From assembly GCA_045046875.1 (NCBI GenBank), contig JASFYY010000068.1, positions 1 to 30,698 on the forward strand: a stretch of 30,698 bases of DNA, written 5' to 3'. The translations under genes were made by a program, and so were the position numbers. This DNA is from Verrucomicrobiota bacterium (GTDB taxonomy: Bacteria > Verrucomicrobiota > Verrucomicrobiia > Verrucomicrobiales > DEV007). The notes under the pieces are model-generated. The model was given only the letters and a program-made list of their open reading frames with translations, did not search any database and was not told the origin of the DNA. Shown in pieces: positions 26,439 through 30,698 of the stretch; positions within the stretch are counted from its first letter, which is position 1; every line of letters begins with the position of its first letter.

Positions 26439-27185
26439 TTATTTGGCCGGTTTTTCGAAGACCATGAAGTGTTGGATGGGCAGGAACTCCAGAGTTTCCT
26501 TGTGTTTGAGCCCGGCGGCTTCCATTTCGCGGATTGATTGTTTTTCAGTCATTTTATGCAGTGGTTTGATCGGCACGGCGGGGTCTTCTCCGCGGTATTC
26601 GAGCAGGATCAAACGCCCGCCGGGTTTGAGCGCTTTGACGATGGAACGGATCATTTCCCAAGGGTGTGAGAATTCATGGTAGGCATCGACGATGAAAGCG
26701 ACGGTGATCGAGTTGGCAGGCAGTTGGGTGTCTTCGGGAATTCCTTTGTGGACTTTCACATTGGTGAAGCCGCCTTCTTTGGCGCGATTTTCGATGAAAC
26801 CCAGCATGCTGTCCTGGATGTCGACAGCAATCACCTTGCCTTTGGGCACCAAGGGCTGGATGCGGAAGGTGAAATAACCTGATCCGGCTCCGATATCCGC
26901 GACCACATCATCTTCTTTAATCGCCATCTTTTTCACCATCAAATCGGGAGCTTCTTCTTTGATTCGCTCGGGACGCTCCAGCCAGGTGATGGCTCCATGA
27001 CCGACCACGTGTGAGATTTCCCGTCCCAGGTAAACTTTGCCGGTGCCGTCACGGGAAGGTTTTTTTTGGGTGTAACGAGCTGAATCGTTCTTTTTTTCAG
27101 CTGTTTGCTGGGCTTGCGTGGAGGGCAGGCAGCAAAAGACGGATAAAATTATGAGTAGGGCTGAAGAGAGCAGTTTCTTTGGCAT
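26439..27185 (-). CDS. Class I SAM-dependent methyltransferase with N-terminal signal peptide
   Basis: VADIGAGSGYF, AVDIQ, DAYHEF, LKPGGRL. Start set at ATG 27185 (MPKKLLSSALLIILSV). Confidence 0.88.
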   Translation of the reverse strand: MPKKLLSSALLIILSVFCCLPSTQAQQTAEKKNDSARYTQKKPSRDGTGKVYLGREISHVVGHGAITWLERPERIKEEAPDLMVKKMAIKEDDVVADIGAGSGYFTFRIQPLVPKGKVIAVDIQDSMLGFIENRAKEGGFTNVKVHKGIPEDTQLPANSITVAFIVDAYHEFSHPWEMIRSIVKALKPGGRLILLEYRGEDPAVPIKPLHKMTEKQSIREMEAAGLKHKETLEFLPIQHFMVFEKPAK

Positions 27186-27255
27186 GAGGCTTGGGGTTTG
27201 AATAGCAGGATAGAAATGGAAAGGGGTAGAGGTGGATCGGTTAAGGGTCGTGGCC

Positions 27256-28350
27256 CTAAGGCTTTTTGCTTGAATGCAGAAACTGGGTGGTGGTGAGGTA
27301 ATCAATCGCTTGTTGCAGAGGGCGGTCCTGCAAGGGTTTTTTGTCGTAGGAGGTGGCGCGTCCGGCGGTACGGTCCAGGTAGTAATCGAGTTCGGGGTCG
27401 GTTCCGGCGACCAGAGCGGCTTCGTTTAAGCGCGGTCGTTGATTTTCGAAAATAAAGGTTTTTAGTTGGGCTTTTTCGCTCTTTTTGTAAACGGCGTATT
27501 TGCTTTTTTTATCAAAAGCCGAACTTAGATCGGGCAGTACGCCTTTTTGGAAAAGAGAGGTGTCATCGTCGAGCACGATCTCGGCGATGGCGTAGCGCAG
27601 GATACGGTTCTCACCAAGGGGGAGGTCGCGGTATTCGACAGTCAGGCCGGGAGTTTTTTCTCCTATGATAAGACAACCGGTGCGTTGTTTGAGCACCGCT
27701 GCGATAATTTCACCAACGTTGCCGGTTTCGCGGTCGATGAGCAAAACCAGGTTTCGTCCCCATCGTTGCGGAGCTTTTTTGGAAAAAAAGAGATGGGGGC
27801 GTTTTTGTTCGGGCTGTTTATTTTTGAATAACAAACGATCCGCAGGCAGGAAGCGGGAGAGGAACTGAGCGGCGACCTCAAAATCAGCCTGGGCTTGTGG
27901 AGAGCGTAGATCGAGGATGAGGGTGTGGAGTTCGGGCTTGCCGTTGAAGGTTTTTATAGCTTGGTCGAGCTTGGCCACTTCCGGGATGCTGTAATTTCCC
28001 GGCCGGATGTAAGCGGCTTCCCGGGTGATTTCCTGAGCCAGAAAGTGGAAGGGGGAGTTGCGCTCGGCGCGGCTGCTTTGGGTCAACAGGGTGGCGCCAA
28101 AATCCAAACGTTCCAGCAAACCTTGCAGAGCGGCGCGATTGAGTTCCTCATAGGTGAGGGTCTCTTTTTTGATGTAGTCTTTTTGTAAATGACGGAAAGC
28201 CTCTTGCAGACTGTTTTGCGGCATTTGGTCAATGATGTTTTTGACCTTGGCGTTTGTCTTGCTGGATTTTTTGGCAGCGGCCTCCGGGCTGTCGGCGGAA
28301 AAGGCGGGCATGGAAACAAGCGCGATGAAGATCAGGGCGATGAGCTTCAT
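27256..28350 (-). CDS. S41 peptidase-like exported protein, catalytic residues apparently lost
   Basis: LILDLR, LVLLID.ETGNVGEIIA, IIGEKTPG and GVLPD match the S41 scaffold. Signal peptide follows ATG 28350. Confidence 0.72.
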   Translation of the reverse strand: MKLIALIFIALVSMPAFSADSPEAAAKKSSKTNAKVKNIIDQMPQNSLQEAFRHLQKDYIKKETLTYEELNRAALQGLLERLDFGATLLTQSSRAERNSPFHFLAQEITREAAYIRPGNYSIPEVAKLDQAIKTFNGKPELHTLILDLRSPQAQADFEVAAQFLSRFLPADRLLFKNKQPEQKRPHLFFSKKAPQRWGRNLVLLIDRETGNVGEIIAAVLKQRTGCLIIGEKTPGLTVEYRDLPLGENRILRYAIAEIVLDDDTSLFQKGVLPDLSSAFDKKSKYAVYKKSEKAQLKTFIFENQRPRLNEAALVAGTDPELDYYLDRTAGRATSYDKKPLQDRPLQQAIDYLTTTQFLHSSKKP

Positions 28351-28458
28351 GAAATAACTATTTATGGTAGAACAAATTTCCATATTTGTAGCAGGGGTGT
28401 TTCACTTTACGCTTAAATGAGCGCAGGGGTAATATTTATACGACAAAATCAATGGGTT

Positions 28459-29325
28459 TTATAGGGCGGAATCGGAGTCCTGCCCTACGGGGAAATGGTT
28501 CAATGTGTCGACTTTGAAGCCGGTGTCGGAGAGTTGGGAGGATTGCTCGATCGCCACGCTGATGTATTCCTTGGCTTCGGCGATGGCGGCAGGCAGCGGG
28601 TAGTCGTGCGCGAGCAGTGCGGCGATGGCGGCGGAGTAGGTGCAACCAGTGCCGTGCGGGTTTTTGTCGCGGATGCGGGGCTCGCTGAAATCCTGGATGC
28701 TGTGGCCGTCCCACAGGATGTCGGTGGCGTCCGAACCGTCGAGGTGTCCCCCTTTGAGCAAGGTCATGCACTGGTATTTGCCGGTGAACTTCCTTGCCGC
28801 TTGATCCATTTCTTCGTGGCTGGTGATGGCGGGCAGGTCGAGCAAGGCGGCGGCTTCGTCGAGATTGGGGGTGGCGAGTGTGGCCAGGGGCAGCAGGCGT
28901 TGTCGGTAGAGGGCGAGTGCATCGGGGTCGAGCAGGGGTTTGCCCGAACTGGAGACCAATACCGGGTCGATGACGATGGGGATCACGTTGTCCGAAGTGG
29001 AAAGGTCTTCGAGGAAGTTGGCGACCACTTTACATAGTTCAGCGTTGGCCAGCATGCCGGTTTTGATCGCTTGAATCTGGTAGGAATCGTTGAGGATCTG
29101 AAGTTGAGCTTGCAGGGATTCCGCTGAGACGGCTTCGATGGAGACCACCTTGCCGGGAGCTTCTGCGACGATCGAGGTCACTGCGGTGAGCCCATAGGTT
29201 TGAAAATAGGCGAAGGTTTTGAGGTCGGCCTGGATGCCGGCACCACCTGAGCAATCCGAACCTGCGATGCTGAGCACGATGGCTGGGGGAGATTCTGGGT
29301 CTGAAGAAGTGGTTTCAGGATTCAT
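28459..29325 (-). CDS. thiD: Hydroxymethylpyrimidine/phosphomethylpyrimidine kinase
   Basis: LSIAGSDCSGGAGIQADLKTF, IKTGML, VIDPV, TPNLDEA, LLKGGH, HGTGCTYSAAIAA. Confidence 0.95.
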   Translation of the reverse strand: MNPETTSSDPESPPAIVLSIAGSDCSGGAGIQADLKTFAYFQTYGLTAVTSIVAEAPGKVVSIEAVSAESLQAQLQILNDSYQIQAIKTGMLANAELCKVVANFLEDLSTSDNVIPIVIDPVLVSSSGKPLLDPDALALYRQRLLPLATLATPNLDEAAALLDLPAITSHEEMDQAARKFTGKYQCMTLLKGGHLDGSDATDILWDGHSIQDFSEPRIRDKNPHGTGCTYSAAIAALLAHDYPLPAAIAEAKEYISVAIEQSSQLSDTGFKVDTLNHFPVGQDSDSAL

Positions 29326-29523
29326 GTGGATGGTCTAGGCGTAAAAAAGAAGCGAGGAAGCCCTAATGGACGCTAATATTTGTGAATAAGAAAAGGAAAA
29401 GGGAGTTTTTTTTGGGCAGGGGAAATTTCATTCAGGACCTACTTTTTGATTATTGTTGCCTGACCCCATTTTTGAGGGAAATTGAATGACAGTTGGGTGG
29501 CATGATATAGAGTGTCGGCCAAG

Positions 29524-30696
29524 ATGGGTAAGATACATTTGCTTTCAGATGCATTGGCTTCGCAGGTTGCTGCGGGTGAGGTGGTGGAGCGTCCGGCTTC
29601 GGTGGTGAAGGAGTTGGTGGAGAATAGCATCGATGCCGGGGCCAAGAGCATCGAAGTGAGGGTGCAACGTGGGGGGATCGCGCTGATCCGGGTGTCGGAT
29701 GATGGCTGTGGTATGAATCGGGATGATGCGCTGATGTGTGTCGAGCGCCATGCGACGAGCAAGTTGCGCAGCAAGGAGGATTTGGGGGCGATCGGGACGC
29801 TGGGATTTCGTGGCGAGGCTTTGCCGAGCATCGCATCGGTGGCGAAATTTCGCCTGACGACTCGTGAATCCAAGGCTTTGCAGGGCACCGAGGTGACCAT
29901 CAACGGGGGCAAGATGATCGCGGTGAAGGACAGTGGCGAGCCTTCGGGTACCCAGATTGAGATTCGTTCTTTGTTTTATAATATACCGGCCCGGCGAAAA
30001 TTTTTGCGCACCGAGAATACCGAATACAGTCATGTGGAGCAGCAGGTGCGGTTGCAGGCGATCGCTCATCCGGAGTGTCGTTTTGCCTTGGTGCGCGGTG
30101 AACGTATGGTGTTCCAGCTACCGGCGACCAATGATCTGTTGGAGCGGATCCGTGGTTTGGCAGGAAATGCGCTGGCAAGTGAGTTGCTGAAGGTGCCTGT
30201 GTATGTGCACAATGGGGTGCGGGTGCATGGTTACATCGGGCCTCCGGGCATGGGGCGTCCCAACCGGGCGCAACAGTTGGTTTTTCTCAATGGCCGTCCG
30301 ATTGAAGCGGCGGTTATTCATTATGGATTGCGCGAGGGTTATCACACGGCGTTGATGAAGGGGCAGCATCCGGTGACGTTTTTGTTGATCGAGGTGGACC
30401 CTTCCAAGGTGGATGTGAATGTTCACCCGGCCAAAAAGGAGGTGCGTTTCCACGATGGCAATTCGGTTCGTGATGCGGTGATCGGTGCGGTGCAGCAGAC
30501 TTTGCAAAGTGAGTTGAAACGTCCGGTTTCTGGAGAAATCCTGCGCGCCCAGACGGCCTTGCGTTCTTCTTTTTCTCCTGATCGAGTAGAATCGGTGGAG
30601 GTGGGAGAAGCGGAGAGCAGTGAGACGCAGACCGAATTGATTCCCAAACGAGAGCAGCATTCCCTGCGCACGGATTGGGCAGAGGATGCGGGGGGC
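29524..30696 (+). CDS. mutL: DNA mismatch repair endonuclease MutL, 3'-partial (missing from the ORF track because it runs off the window)
   Basis: Translated by eye from ATG 29524: MGKIHLLSDALASQVAAGEVVERPASVVKELVENSIDAGA...DDGCGM...RHATSK...TLGFRGEALPSIAS...VDVNVHPAKKEVRF. Confidence 0.96.
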   Translation, partial: MGKIHLLSDALASQVAAGEVVERPASVVKELVENSIDAGAKSIEVRVQRGGIALIRVSDDGCGMNRDDALMCVERHATSKLRSKEDLGAIGTLGFRGEALPSIASVAKFRLTTRESKALQGTEVTINGGKMIAVKDSGEPSGTQIEIRSLFYNIPARRKFLRTENTEYSHVEQQVRLQAIAHPECRFALVRGERMVFQLPATNDLLERIRGLAGNALASELLKVPVYVHNGVRVHGYIGPPGMGRPNRAQQLVFLNGRPIEAAVIHYGLREGYHTALMKGQHPVTFLLIEVDPSKVDVNVHPAKKEVRFHDGNSVRDAVIGAVQQTLQSELKRPVSGEILRAQTALRSSFSPDRVESVEVGEAESSETQTELIPKREQHSLRTDWAEDAGG

Positions 30697-30698
30697 GA

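Noticed and set aside
29439..30671. Several ORF-track entries at the right end
   Set aside because: They overlap mutL (plus strand from 29524), which explains the region.

Overview
Bacterial chromosomal window, probably Verrucomicrobiota/PVC (inferred from gene content: FGE-sulfatase repeats, tandem DUF1080, S41-like protein). Left part: the 3' end of a tandem FGE/SUMF1-domain gene, a non-coding stretch with a nested palindrome, and a ~2000-aa thioester-type alpha-2-macroglobulin. Centre: a ~7.6 kb island (8248-15897) bounded by an intact tRNA-Arg(ACG) and a decayed copy of its 3' half. It has no recognisable integrase. Its cargo is defence-like: a DUF4062 protein, a PD-(D/E)xK nuclease-like protein, a HEXXH peptidase (Lit/M48-like), a GNAT, a frameshifted Zn-ribbon gene and a 5'-truncated K+ channel. 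Right part is mostly core genes: sugar-lactonase-like amidohydrolase, SSS transporter, GT-C glycosyltransferase, DUF1080, M20 amidohydrolase, methyltransferase, S41-like protein lacking catalytic residues, thiD and the 5' part of mutL. It also holds two mirror-image paralogous two-gene modules, each a small 'YPxSxFPMYS' protein plus an HTTM/vitamin-K-carboxylase-like membrane protein. The mirror modules and the island cargo are the best candidates for undescribed systems. All family calls come from motifs recognised by eye; no searches were run.
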